A stretch of DNA of 64,000 bases, from contig JBAXGO010000001.1 in NCBI GenBank assembly GCA_037139335.1, positions 4,503-68,502 on the forward strand. Reading direction: 5' to 3'. The stretch comes from a bacterium (GTDB lineage Bacteria > Patescibacteriota > Dojkabacteria > JAOAGR01 > JBAXGO01). The number at the start of each line of letters is the position of its first letter. Positions within the stretch are counted from its first letter, which is position 1. Shown here in pieces: positions 1 through 8,505 of this stretch. A program made the position numbers and the translations under genes. The notes beneath the pieces are model-generated. The model was not told where the DNA came from, ran no database searches, and was given only the letters and a program-made list of their open reading frames with translations.

Positions 1-1105
1 TGGTGTTTTGCCAAGAGTTCATGGATCTGCAATTTTTAATAGAGGTGAAACGCAGGTACTTAGTGTTGTTACATTGGGTTCTTCTAGATTAGAACAAATC
101 GTAGAGGGATTGGAAGGTGAGGGCACAAAAAGATATATGCATCACTACAATTTTCCTCAATTTTCCGTCGGTGAAGTTGATAGAAAATTTGGAATGGCAA
201 ATAGACGTGCAATCGGTCACGGAATTATTGGTGAAAAATCAATTTTACAAGTTCTTCCTGGTGAAGATAATTTCAAATATACAGTCAGAGTTGTCTCAGA
301 GGTTTTGGGCTCCAATGGTTCTACCTCAATGGCAGCCACATGTGGCTCTATGCTTGCTCTTCTAGATGCAGGTGTAAAATTAGAAGAACAAATTGCAGGT
401 ATATCCATGGGTTTGATTTATGAAGGAAATGGTAAATATGTCCTATTTACAGATATTATTGGTGATGAAGATCATTATGGTGATATGGATTTCAAGATTA
501 CAGGAACTAGAGATGGTTGGACTGCAATTCAGCTAGATAATAAACTTCAGGGAATTCCTGTTGAAATTTTGATAGAAGCTGTTGCTCAATCAAAGAAGAC
601 TAGAATACAAATACTTGATTATTTATTAACAGTTATCAATGCACCTAGAGAAGAACTTTCTCAATTTGCGCCAAGAATTACTACAATTAAAATTAATCCA
701 TCGAAAATTGGTGATGTTATTGGTCCTGGTGGTAAAGTAATTAAAGAAATTATTGCTCAATCAGGAGCCGAAATTGATATTGAAGATGATGGTTCAGTAA
801 ATATTGCTGCTTCATCAGAAGAAGCCTCAAAGAAGGCCATTGTTTTAATCAAAGAGGCTTTAAACGAAGTTGAACCGGGAACAATACTAGATGCAGTTAT
901 AAAAAGAGTTGAAACATATGGTGCATTTATCGAAGTAAATCGAAATTTTGGAGGACTTGTACATGTTTCACAATTGAGTGATGAATTTGTAAAAAATGCA
1001 GCAGATATTGTTAAAATTGGTGATAAAGTTAAAGTAAGATATGATGGCACTGATGAACAGGGAAGACATAATTTCTCGATGAAAGGTTTGGGATTAGCTA
1101 AGTAA
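1..1105 (+). CDS. pnp: Polynucleotide phosphorylase, C-terminal part (second RNase PH domain, KH and S1 domains). The 5' end lies outside the window.
   Basis: The ORF is open to the window edge. An RNase PH-like core is followed by a KH motif (IGDVIGPGGKVIKEI) and an S1 domain (GTILDAVIKRVETYGAFIEV). Confidence 0.9.
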   Translation, partial: GVLPRVHGSAIFNRGETQVLSVVTLGSSRLEQIVEGLEGEGTKRYMHHYNFPQFSVGEVDRKFGMANRRAIGHGIIGEKSILQVLPGEDNFKYTVRVVSEVLGSNGSTSMAATCGSMLALLDAGVKLEEQIAGISMGLIYEGNGKYVLFTDIIGDEDHYGDMDFKITGTRDGWTAIQLDNKLQGIPVEILIEAVAQSKKTRIQILDYLLTVINAPREELSQFAPRITTIKINPSKIGDVIGPGGKVIKEIIAQSGAEIDIEDDGSVNIAASSEEASKKAIVLIKEALNEVEPGTILDAVIKRVETYGAFIEVNRNFGGLVHVSQLSDEFVKNAADIVKIGDKVKVRYDGTDEQGRHNFSMKGLGLAK

Positions 1106-1143
1106 AGTATGACAGAAAAACATGCATATGATATTATTTTCGC

Positions 1144-1539
1144 ATGAAAAGTAATTTAAACAAAAAAATAAGTAATTTATTAGTATCTGCTGTTGTAATA
1201 TTCTTCACAGCAGCAGATATTGTTCAGGCTAAATGCGGTATTGTCGCAGATCCTTTGGACCCAAATTGTACAGGTACTCCATCACTTGGCGATTTGGTTG
1301 GAGGATTTATTCCGTTTATTCCTATCGCAGTTGGTGTATTATTATTTGGAATGATAACCGTTGGAGCAGTTCAGATTACTATTGCTGGTCCAAATGATGA
1401 AGCTAAGAAAAAAGGAATTCAAACTATTCAAAATGCCATTGTTGGTGCTGTAATATTGTTTGTTTCAGTAGGCATAGTTTCATTAATTGAAGCTATTTTT
1501 GGTGTCAAACTTTTATATGGAGTAAATATTGGAAAATGA
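1144..1539 (+). CDS. Small secreted two-TM protein, TrbC/VirB2-like (T4SS pilin-like), member A1 of the paralog array
   Basis: Signal peptide, then a Cys pair (KCG..DPNCTG), then TM1, a charged loop (NDEAKKKGIQTIQNAI) and TM2. This is the topology typical of VirB2/TrbC pilins. Confidence 0.55.
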   Translation: MKSNLNKKISNLLVSAVVIFFTAADIVQAKCGIVADPLDPNCTGTPSLGDLVGGFIPFIPIAVGVLLFGMITVGAVQITIAGPNDEAKKKGIQTIQNAIVGAVILFVSVGIVSLIEAIFGVKLLYGVNIGK

Positions 1540-1937
1540 TTAAAAAAAATATACAAAAATTTAGTTTAATGTTTTTTTCTTTATTCCTTCTATCATCTAA
1601 TGTTTTTGCCGATTCGGATTGTGTGAAAAATAACCAAGTCCCTTCGCTTTGGGATCCGAATTGTACTGGCAAAACACCATCTATTGGCGATATTATCGCA
1701 GGAATTGTCCCAATAATTCCTACCTTAGTAGGTGCTTTACTTTTTGGTGTACTAATTTGGGGTGGAATTCAGATTTTTAGTGCGAATGCCAATGAAGAGG
1801 CCAAGAAAAAAGGCATCAAAACTATACAAAATGCTATTACAGGAATTGTATTACTCTTTTTATCAATTGCAATTATTACAATTATTGAATCAATACTAGG
1901 TCAAAAAATATTATTTGGTGTCTTTGTAAATAAATAA
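1536..1937 (+). CDS. TrbC/VirB2-like pilin-like protein, paralog A2
   Basis: Close paralog of A1 with the same signal-Cys-TM-loop-TM layout (DPNCTG, EEAKKKGIKTIQNAI). Its start overlaps the A1 stop by 4 nt. Confidence 0.55.
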   Translation: MIKKNIQKFSLMFFSLFLLSSNVFADSDCVKNNQVPSLWDPNCTGKTPSIGDIIAGIVPIIPTLVGALLFGVLIWGGIQIFSANANEEAKKKGIKTIQNAITGIVLLFLSIAIITIIESILGQKILFGVFVNK

Positions 1938-1943
1938 AGATTT

Positions 1944-2720
1944 ATGAAAGTTTATAAAAATATAATCAAATTAAGTATATTTTTAATATTACTCTTTTCT
2001 TCATTTAATTTCGCATTTGCTGCTCCAGTGCCAACTACTACTACAGTTACTCCTATGCAATATGCGAAAACAACTCCATGTCCTAGAGTTGGTACTACAA
2101 ATAGTTCTGGAAGTGTTGTTACATACGATGAATACGAAAAATGTCTTGAAATTGAAAGTGGTGCAAATAAAATAAATGCGAGTGGTTTTTTTCCCAATTT
2201 TAATTTTAACGATATTATAGGTGTTGTAACTACAATATTATTAGCTTTACTAGTAATAATTTTAACATTCAAAATAGTGCTTGCCGCTTTTAAATGGGCA
2301 AATAATGATGGTCAAGATAAGAATAAGAAAGATGCTATTAAAAGTATTAGTAATGGAATTGTTGGTTTGATAATATCTTTTTCAGCTTATTTCGTTATAA
2401 TTATTATAAGAGGCTTTTTCAATATCGACACTCAGTTGATACAGTGTAGTAACCTGTATTTTAAAAATGCTACGTCTTATGAAAATAATTCTAGTGCTGC
2501 ATCGATAACGACATCAGAGTCAGAATTCAAAAAATGCATAGATTTAGCTGGTAAAACTAATGTATTATCAGATAGCACAAAATATTCTGGTTTTATATCA
2601 AATATTCAAAAAAATTGTTCACCAAAATATTATGAATATTTATCTTCTACAAAGGAAATAAAGGTTTATGATAATCAGAAACTTAATCAATGTTTTGCTG
2701 ATGAATTGAAAAAATTATGA
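1944..2720 (+). CDS. Pilin-like two-TM protein with a ~100-aa Cys-containing C-terminal extension, paralog B1
   Basis: Signal peptide and a Thr-rich N-terminal segment (PVPTTTTVTP). A TM-loop-TM core carries FKWANNDGQDKNKKDAIKSISNGIVG. The C-terminal domain has 4 conserved Cys and ends in QCFADELKKL. Confidence 0.5.
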   Translation: MKVYKNIIKLSIFLILLFSSFNFAFAAPVPTTTTVTPMQYAKTTPCPRVGTTNSSGSVVTYDEYEKCLEIESGANKINASGFFPNFNFNDIIGVVTTILLALLVIILTFKIVLAAFKWANNDGQDKNKKDAIKSISNGIVGLIISFSAYFVIIIIRGFFNIDTQLIQCSNLYFKNATSYENNSSAASITTSESEFKKCIDLAGKTNVLSDSTKYSGFISNIQKNCSPKYYEYLSSTKEIKVYDNQKLNQCFADELKKL

Positions 2721-3418
2721 AAAAAATAAGTAAATTTATAATAATATTATTAACATCTTTTACATTAGTAAATATTGTTTCTGCGGCTACTCCTTGTCCT
2801 GCAGGAGATCAATCAGCAGATTGTGTCTCAAATGGCTTTGGTTTTGATGCAATAGATCTTAGAAGATTCTTTCCAAGTTTATCTTTTAATGATGTAATTT
2901 CTAGTACGGCAACGATTATTTTAATAGGATTGGTGATATTATTTGGTTTTAGAATAATTCTTGCAGGTTTCAAATGGGTTAATAATGACGGTCAGGATAA
3001 AAGTAAAAAAGATGCATTGAAAGGAATTATTAATGGAGTTGTTGGTATTGCGATTACATTTTCAGCATATTTTATAGTTTTATTCGTAAGGTCTTTGACA
3101 GCTGGTAATGATCAGCTTGTAAATTGTGCTAATCTTTATTATCGTGATACCAATTCATACATTACTAATTATAATGCTGGGGTGGCAGATACTTTTGGAA
3201 ATGCATCAGAAGAATTTACAAGGTGTATGAAGTTAGCTGGCTGGGCAGATACACTATCTGCTAGTGGAAAATTTAGTACTTTTACCACGAATCTAGATAA
3301 TAATTGCAAACAATATCTTACTTCGTCTCCAAACTCGAGTGGAATTGTGAAAGGGATTGAGATTAAAGATAAAAATAATTTACAACAATGTTTTGTTAAT
3401 GAACTAAAGAAATTATGA
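2717..3418 (+). CDS. Pilin-like two-TM protein with a Cys-containing C-terminal extension, paralog B2
   Basis: Paralog of B1 with core loop FKWVNNDGQDKSKKDALKGIINGVVG, conserved Cys in the C-domain and the ending QCFVNELKKL. It overlaps the B1 stop by 4 nt. Confidence 0.5.
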   Translation: MKKISKFIIILLTSFTLVNIVSAATPCPAGDQSADCVSNGFGFDAIDLRRFFPSLSFNDVISSTATIILIGLVILFGFRIILAGFKWVNNDGQDKSKKDALKGIINGVVGIAITFSAYFIVLFVRSLTAGNDQLVNCANLYYRDTNSYITNYNAGVADTFGNASEEFTRCMKLAGWADTLSASGKFSTFTTNLDNNCKQYLTSSPNSSGIVKGIEIKDKNNLQQCFVNELKKL

Positions 3419-4104
3419 AAATAAAATCAATAAAATATATTTCCATTGTATCGTTAGGTTTGCTCGGGGCTTCTAGTATTTCAAATGCAGAAACGACTAC
3501 TTGCAAAGATAGTTTTGCTCCGAAGTTTATATGTGAAAAATTCGCAGATATTACTACAAATTTCACATTTGGTTCAGTGCTTGATATGTTTTTTTCTATA
3601 GCTATTGCGGCACTTGTTGTTTTTATCTTATTTCAAATTGTGAAGGCAATCTTCAAATGGGTCTCTAAATCTGGTGATGAAAAAGAACGATCAGGGGCAA
3701 TTAAATCAATCTCAAATGCAGTTGCCGCAGGTATTGCTTTATTAGTTCTATTATTCGTAGTCCCATTATTTACTGATTTATTAAATATTGGTGGTAAACC
3801 AAATCCAGCGTATGTCTGTTATTCGGCTACAAGTTCTACTATGACACAGGCTAATATAGATCAGGAGACAGGTGCCTTGAATTCTGGTGTTAGTGCTTCT
3901 GAATTATCTGGAGGCATCGCATATGAAGGCAAAGCAAAAGGCGGAACTAAGAATAATAAAACAGCAGATTTTATAACTTTAACTGCGGATAATAAAGACA
4001 CAGTGGATTTTTTGAGCACAAAAATGTATTGCAAGGACAAAGATACTGGTGATGAGTATAAAGATGGATATGTTGTTTTGAAGAGAGTTGGGATCAAAAA
4101 GTAG
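3415..4104 (+). CDS. Pilin-like two-TM protein with a C-terminal extension, paralog C1
   Basis: Signal peptide and a Cys pair (TTCKD..FICEKF). The TM-loop-TM core carries FKWVSKSGDEKERSGAIKSISNAVAAG, followed by a ~100-aa C-terminal domain with 2 Cys. Confidence 0.5.
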   Translation: MKIKSIKYISIVSLGLLGASSISNAETTTCKDSFAPKFICEKFADITTNFTFGSVLDMFFSIAIAALVVFILFQIVKAIFKWVSKSGDEKERSGAIKSISNAVAAGIALLVLLFVVPLFTDLLNIGGKPNPAYVCYSATSSTMTQANIDQETGALNSGVSASELSGGIAYEGKAKGGTKNNKTADFITLTADNKDTVDFLSTKMYCKDKDTGDEYKDGYVVLKRVGIKK

Positions 4105-4175
4105 TCAAATAGTGTATGGTATTGTATAATTAATGCTTTAGTTTTAATATATCTTAATTAATTTTTTACATATAT

Positions 4176-4865
4176 ATGAATAAGAATAGTATAAAGTATT
4201 CTGTAGCCGCAGGAGCTGTTTTAGTAGCTAGTACATCTGTTGCTCATGCTGAAGATATTAGTTGTGATGGTTCATTGGTTCCTCAAGTCTGCAAAATATT
4301 CGCAGGAGCAGGAAGTTTCTCAGTAAGTGGTATATTACAGTCAGTTTTTGCTGTAGTTATTGCTATACTCGTCATTTTTATATTATTCCAAATTGTCAAA
4401 GCCGTATTTGATTGGGTTGGCAAATCAGGTGATGAAAAAGCAAGAAGTGCTGCAATCAAATCAATTACAAATGCAGTAGTTGCAGGTATCGTATTATTAG
4501 TTGCAATCTTGATTGTTGTTGTAGGATCAAGTCTTTTGAACATTGGTACACCAGCCGTTAATTATGTTTGTGTTGCTTCATCAACTCTTCCTAGCGGAGC
4601 CGCAAATCTAACGGCAAGAGGTACATTACTTTCTGGCAATTTGAAAGAACTTCCTGATGTACAAGCTCAAGAAGGAGCAGGCGTAAACAATAAATGGAAT
4701 GAAGGTTCTGCTTATGATAAATATATTAAAGGAACTACTGGGGCTGATGAGGACGTAGTCTCAGCATTAAAGAAAGTAAAATGTGTTCAGACATCTGGTG
4801 AAAGTAGTGGTAAAGAATATTCACCTAATTACTGGGTTGTTGCTAAAGTAGGTTTGAAAAAGTAA
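4176..4865 (+). CDS. Pilin-like two-TM protein with a C-terminal extension, paralog C2
   Basis: Paralog of C1 (ISCDG..QVCKIF; FDWVGKSGDEKARSAAIKSITNAVVAG). The array ends in an intrinsic terminator at 4879-4920. Confidence 0.5.
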   Translation: MNKNSIKYSVAAGAVLVASTSVAHAEDISCDGSLVPQVCKIFAGAGSFSVSGILQSVFAVVIAILVIFILFQIVKAVFDWVGKSGDEKARSAAIKSITNAVVAGIVLLVAILIVVVGSSLLNIGTPAVNYVCVASSTLPSGAANLTARGTLLSGNLKELPDVQAQEGAGVNNKWNEGSAYDKYIKGTTGADEDVVSALKKVKCVQTSGESSGKEYSPNYWVVAKVGLKK

Positions 4866-4878
4866 ATTAAGTCTTTTT

Positions 4879-4920
4879 AATAGGTCTTGTACTGAGAGGT
4901 ATGAGACCTATTTGTTTTTT
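4879..4920 (+). terminator. Rho-independent terminator closing the pilin-like array
   Basis: Stem taggtct/agaccta followed by tttgtttttt. Confidence 0.6.
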
Positions 4921-4969
4921 ATCGCAACTTATTTTATTATTCTAAAGATAACTAAACTGTCAAAATTAA

Positions 4970-6817
4970 ATGTTCAAACGTTTTAATGCCCAAAACGCTG
5001 ATGGAGAGCTGTATACTGCTTTGGATTTTTCTGGTTCAAATGCTTTTTTGTATTTTGCAAAAGATGGAGATATATCTATCTTGCGAAAATTTATTCAATT
5101 AAGCTGGGCTAGTACTTCTGAAGATGGTCTATCGCTAACACTAAATCTTAATTCGAGTGATCATACTATTTCTTCCACTCCTGATAATATTTATTTAGAT
5201 GAAAATGTTGCCAAAATTAGTGCCATGGAATCCTTTTATGGTATTGGATATTCGGATTATTCTAAATTATTTGTTATCACATATACACAGCTTTTGAATC
5301 TTGAACTAGGACGAATTCCTTTTCAACAATATTTAAATAGGTATGTCTTTCATAAACCAGATTCCAAATCTTATTATTCACCAGTTGAAGATATTTTTTA
5401 TGATATTGAGCAAGCCAGAAAATATAGTGGTGATAATTCAGCATCAACATTAAAAAAAGAAAAAAATGATATTTCTGAAAAATCTGAAATTTTAAGAAAA
5501 AAAATTAAAGATTTAGAAAATATAAATTTGGATAATGATATAGATGTAAATATTGATGAAAAAATAAATAATCTTGAAAAAAAATTAGGAGATCAAAAAA
5601 AACAAGATGAGTATGTTGGCCGTAAAGAAGTTTTGGTAGAAGAATTAAAAAGTATTAATGAAAAAATAAAACAATACGAGGTAGCTCTTAACAAAGTTTC
5701 AAAAGTTGATATTGATATGGTGAAATACAATAACTTTATGAGGTTAAATGTTCAGAGAGTAGAGAATGACTTATCTATGTTTCTATATCGTATTCGAGAA
5801 AGAGAAAAAGTCCTTTCAGATTTAGCTAATATCCATGTACAGTATCAAGCCTCTGATTCAAAACATTTGGCATATCTTCCGTTTATTATATTATTAATAA
5901 TATCTATAAGTGTTGGATTGACATTGAGCTTTATAGCAGATCCATTTGTTGGTGCTGTTTTAGGATCGATAATGTTAGTCTTAAGTTTGTTCTTTCTAAT
6001 ATTTTTCAAATCTTCTGGCAAAGTAAAGCCAAATGAATTAAGCCGAGATAAAGTATCGGCTATTGCAAATGAAATAGATGCTTTGAAATCAGCCAAGCAA
6101 AGGTATCTTCAAAATATGGGCTTTCAAAACGAAGATGATTATTTTGCTACGAAAGCACTTGTTAGAGCTTTGTTATTTCAAAAGGAAAATGATTTAGCCA
6201 AAATTCATGAGAAATTTGAAGGTAAAGAACTTAGTGATTATAAATATTTATATTCAGAAAAAAATAAAAAAATAGTAGATTTGCAGATTGAGATTGATAA
6301 ATTTGGGCCTATAATTTCTCCCGAAGAATATATTAGGAAAAAACGAGAGCTAGATATGCTCAAATTAGAAAAATCAGCAACTATTACTAATTATTCAGTT
6401 GAAGATAATTCCAAACAAATTGAAGAGCTTAAAAGAGAACTTGATACACTTCTTACGTCAAACAATGGAAATCTAGTAAATAATCCACTCGATGTTTATT
6501 TACGAATATTGCGAGAATATTTCGAAGATGAAAATATTCAGGCAAATAATGAGTATGTTCTTGATAATAAACAAATTAATTCATATGAAGAAAAGGTCGA
6601 GATGTTAATTATTCAAAGATATGCATATTTGATGTCCAATTTTCCTGATTCAAATCTTCCTATTTATCTAGAAGATCCTTTTGCTGGTGTCGAAAATAAA
6701 AATATTATCAATAAAATAATTAATTTTTGTTCAAAAAATAAACAAGTTATTCTAATATCTGAACATGATAATTATAAAGATTTAGGATTGAAAGTTTTAA
6801 ATCTTTCTTCTAATTAA
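4970..6817 (+). CDS. SMC/SbcC-like coiled-coil membrane protein with degenerate ATPase head motifs
   Basis: N-terminal domain with a Walker-A-like but non-canonical FSGSNAF. Long coiled coils (K/E/N-rich heptads) are interrupted by two TM helices (LAYLPFIILLIISISVGL..., AVLGSIMLVLSLFFLIFF). The C-terminal lobe has a Walker-B-like IYLEDPFAGVE and an H-loop-like QVILISEHDN. Confidence 0.45.
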   Translation: MFKRFNAQNADGELYTALDFSGSNAFLYFAKDGDISILRKFIQLSWASTSEDGLSLTLNLNSSDHTISSTPDNIYLDENVAKISAMESFYGIGYSDYSKLFVITYTQLLNLELGRIPFQQYLNRYVFHKPDSKSYYSPVEDIFYDIEQARKYSGDNSASTLKKEKNDISEKSEILRKKIKDLENINLDNDIDVNIDEKINNLEKKLGDQKKQDEYVGRKEVLVEELKSINEKIKQYEVALNKVSKVDIDMVKYNNFMRLNVQRVENDLSMFLYRIREREKVLSDLANIHVQYQASDSKHLAYLPFIILLIISISVGLTLSFIADPFVGAVLGSIMLVLSLFFLIFFKSSGKVKPNELSRDKVSAIANEIDALKSAKQRYLQNMGFQNEDDYFATKALVRALLFQKENDLAKIHEKFEGKELSDYKYLYSEKNKKIVDLQIEIDKFGPIISPEEYIRKKRELDMLKLEKSATITNYSVEDNSKQIEELKRELDTLLTSNNGNLVNNPLDVYLRILREYFEDENIQANNEYVLDNKQINSYEEKVEMLIIQRYAYLMSNFPDSNLPIYLEDPFAGVENKNIINKIINFCSKNKQVILISEHDNYKDLGLKVLNLSSN

Positions 6818-7677
6818 AGATTCTTCAAAACAATTTGAGTCTTTGGGGTTGTTTTTCCTTTCTTAATCTTTGTATACTTGATGGTGCTGGAAAGGTTCTT
6901 GTGGCCAACTATTTGTGATAGTTTCAAAATATTTTCACCGTTTTTAATATGGTGATATATAAAAGTATTTCGAAGATCGTTGACTGTTGCATTCGTTATC
7001 TTGGCTTTTTTCATTGCTCGGCTGATATATGTGCGAGCGTTTCTTATGATAATTGGTTTCCCTGCTTTAGTGACAAAAACATAACTGTTCTTCTGTGTAT
7101 TTGGTCTGACATCAAAATACATTGAGATTGCATCAGTTGCTGCTGAATTTAATGGAACTGTACGAGATGGGGTGCTTTCATTTTTTTCGATTCTTACTGC
7201 ATAAGGTTTCGTTTTAGATTTATAGCATATATCGCTAACTTTTAGCCTACATAATTCTCCAATTCTAATGCCAGTTTGTAAAAGAAGTTCTATCATTGCA
7301 TAAGTTCTAATATCTTTCAAACAAGAATTCCTAAGCTTAGTATATTCTTCTTTTGTTAAATATCTAGGAGCTTTTTCTTTAATTTTTGGATGATGTATGT
7401 TTTCTGAAGGATCTTTTTTAATATAATTTTGCTCCTTCATATGTTTGAAGAATGACCGTATACTGTTTATTTTTCTTGAAATACTTTTTAAATCGTAGTT
7501 TGCTTTTTTTAAAATTGCAATGTATTTTTTTATTCCATCTTCATCTACATCTTTCAATTTAAGTACTTGTAGCGTGGTGAATAATTGTTCAATGTCTTTT
7601 ACATACGCTTGTACAGTATATGCGGATTTTCCGTTCTCTTCTAGAAAGTTTTTATATTTGTTTATATAAGTCTTCAC
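6814..7677 (-). CDS. xerD: Tyrosine site-specific recombinase, XerC/XerD-like (phage integrase family)
   Basis: N-terminal SAM-like domain (AYTVQAYVKDIEQLF). The C-terminal catalytic domain has the R...H..R...Y residues (LRNTF, VGHKNLSSTIKYTKI). Its stop overlaps the stop of the convergent upstream gene. Confidence 0.75.
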   Translation of the reverse strand: MKTYINKYKNFLEENGKSAYTVQAYVKDIEQLFTTLQVLKLKDVDEDGIKKYIAILKKANYDLKSISRKINSIRSFFKHMKEQNYIKKDPSENIHHPKIKEKAPRYLTKEEYTKLRNSCLKDIRTYAMIELLLQTGIRIGELCRLKVSDICYKSKTKPYAVRIEKNESTPSRTVPLNSAATDAISMYFDVRPNTQKNSYVFVTKAGKPIIIRNARTYISRAMKKAKITNATVNDLRNTFIYHHIKNGENILKLSQIVGHKNLSSTIKYTKIKKGKTTPKTQIVLKNL

Positions 7678-7739
7678 TTTATGTTATTCTATGATACTAA
7701 TTTATGTAGTAAGTGATTCTATCACATAATGTATAGGAT

Positions 7740-8159
7740 ATGAACAAAAATCATAAGGATTATACACAATTTATCAAATCTTCAAAAGGGTTGAAATCAA
7801 TTCTTATGTTTATAGTCTTCCTAATTTTGTTTAGTGGACTAGCTGTATTTCTAGTTGTTCAATATAATCAAACAGTATCAAAAAGCAATCAACTTCAAAT
7901 ATTAGAAAATGAACTAAAAGCTGAAAAACAGAGAAATGACGAGCTAAAATTACAGAAAGAAGACGTTAAATCTGATACATATATTGAAAAAGAAGCAAGA
8001 AATAAACTAGGATATTCATATCCAAATGAAAATTTATATATACTAAAAAAAATTGTCGATAGTTCTGTTTCACCAATTGAAAGTAATCCTGTATTATCAT
8101 TAGCTCAGGAAAATAAATCTCCAATTCAGAAATGGATGGATCTAATATTTGGACAATAG
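7740..8159 (+). CDS. ftsB: Septum formation initiator (FtsB/DivIC family)
   Basis: N-terminal TM, a coiled coil and the conserved YIEKEARNKLGYSYPNE motif. Confidence 0.7.
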   Translation: MNKNHKDYTQFIKSSKGLKSILMFIVFLILFSGLAVFLVVQYNQTVSKSNQLQILENELKAEKQRNDELKLQKEDVKSDTYIEKEARNKLGYSYPNENLYILKKIVDSSVSPIESNPVLSLAQENKSPIQKWMDLIFGQ

Positions 8160-8195
8160 AGCATAATTTGGTATAATCCCGAGTGCATGTAAATA

Positions 8196-8270
8196 CGCGG
8201 GGTAGAGCAGTGGCAGCTCGTCAGGCTCATAACCTGAAGGTCGTTGGTTCGAATCCAACCCCCGCAACCA
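8196..8270 (+). tRNA. Initiator tRNA-fMet (CAU)
   Basis: Cloverleaf with anticodon loop ctCATaa. The 5' CGCGGGG and 3' CCCCGCAACCA give a C1-A72 mismatch. The sequence is near-identical in pattern to bacterial initiator tRNA, and CCA is encoded. Confidence 0.85.
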
Positions 8271-8413
8271 TTATTCCTCAGAATCAATTTTCAATAAAAT
8301 TACTTATTCAATTCGTTTATTAATATTGGAACTGCCAATTATAAAAATATTCAGTATCTAATCTTTTATAACTTAAAAAATTCTCGATAAATTGTAGATA
8401 GACCATTATTTTT

Positions 8414-8423
8414 ATGTTAAAAT
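8414..8423 (+). promoter_or_regulatory. Extended -10 element (TGtTAAAAT) upstream of the elongator tRNA-Met
   Basis: TGnTAAAAT lies about 10 nt before the tRNA 5' end. Confidence 0.45.
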
Positions 8424-8432
8424 ACCCCTGCT

Positions 8433-8505
8433 GGCGACGTAGCTCAGGGGTTAGAGCATTGGACTCATAAGCCAAGGGTCGGTGGTTCAAATCCACCCGT
8501 CGTCA
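8433..8505 (+). tRNA. Elongator tRNA-Met (CAU)
   Basis: GGCGACGTAGCTCAG...ACTCATAA...GGTTCAAATCC...CGTCGTCA closely resembles elongator tRNA-Met. CCA is not encoded. Confidence 0.8.

Noticed and set aside
1144-7677. A shufflon or inversion-type phase-variation switch driven by the adjacent tyrosine recombinase
   Set aside because: All six pilin-like genes are in the same orientation. The only repeats are direct (paralog similarity) and I found no inverted recombination-site-like repeats. The recombinase also carries Xer-type signatures.
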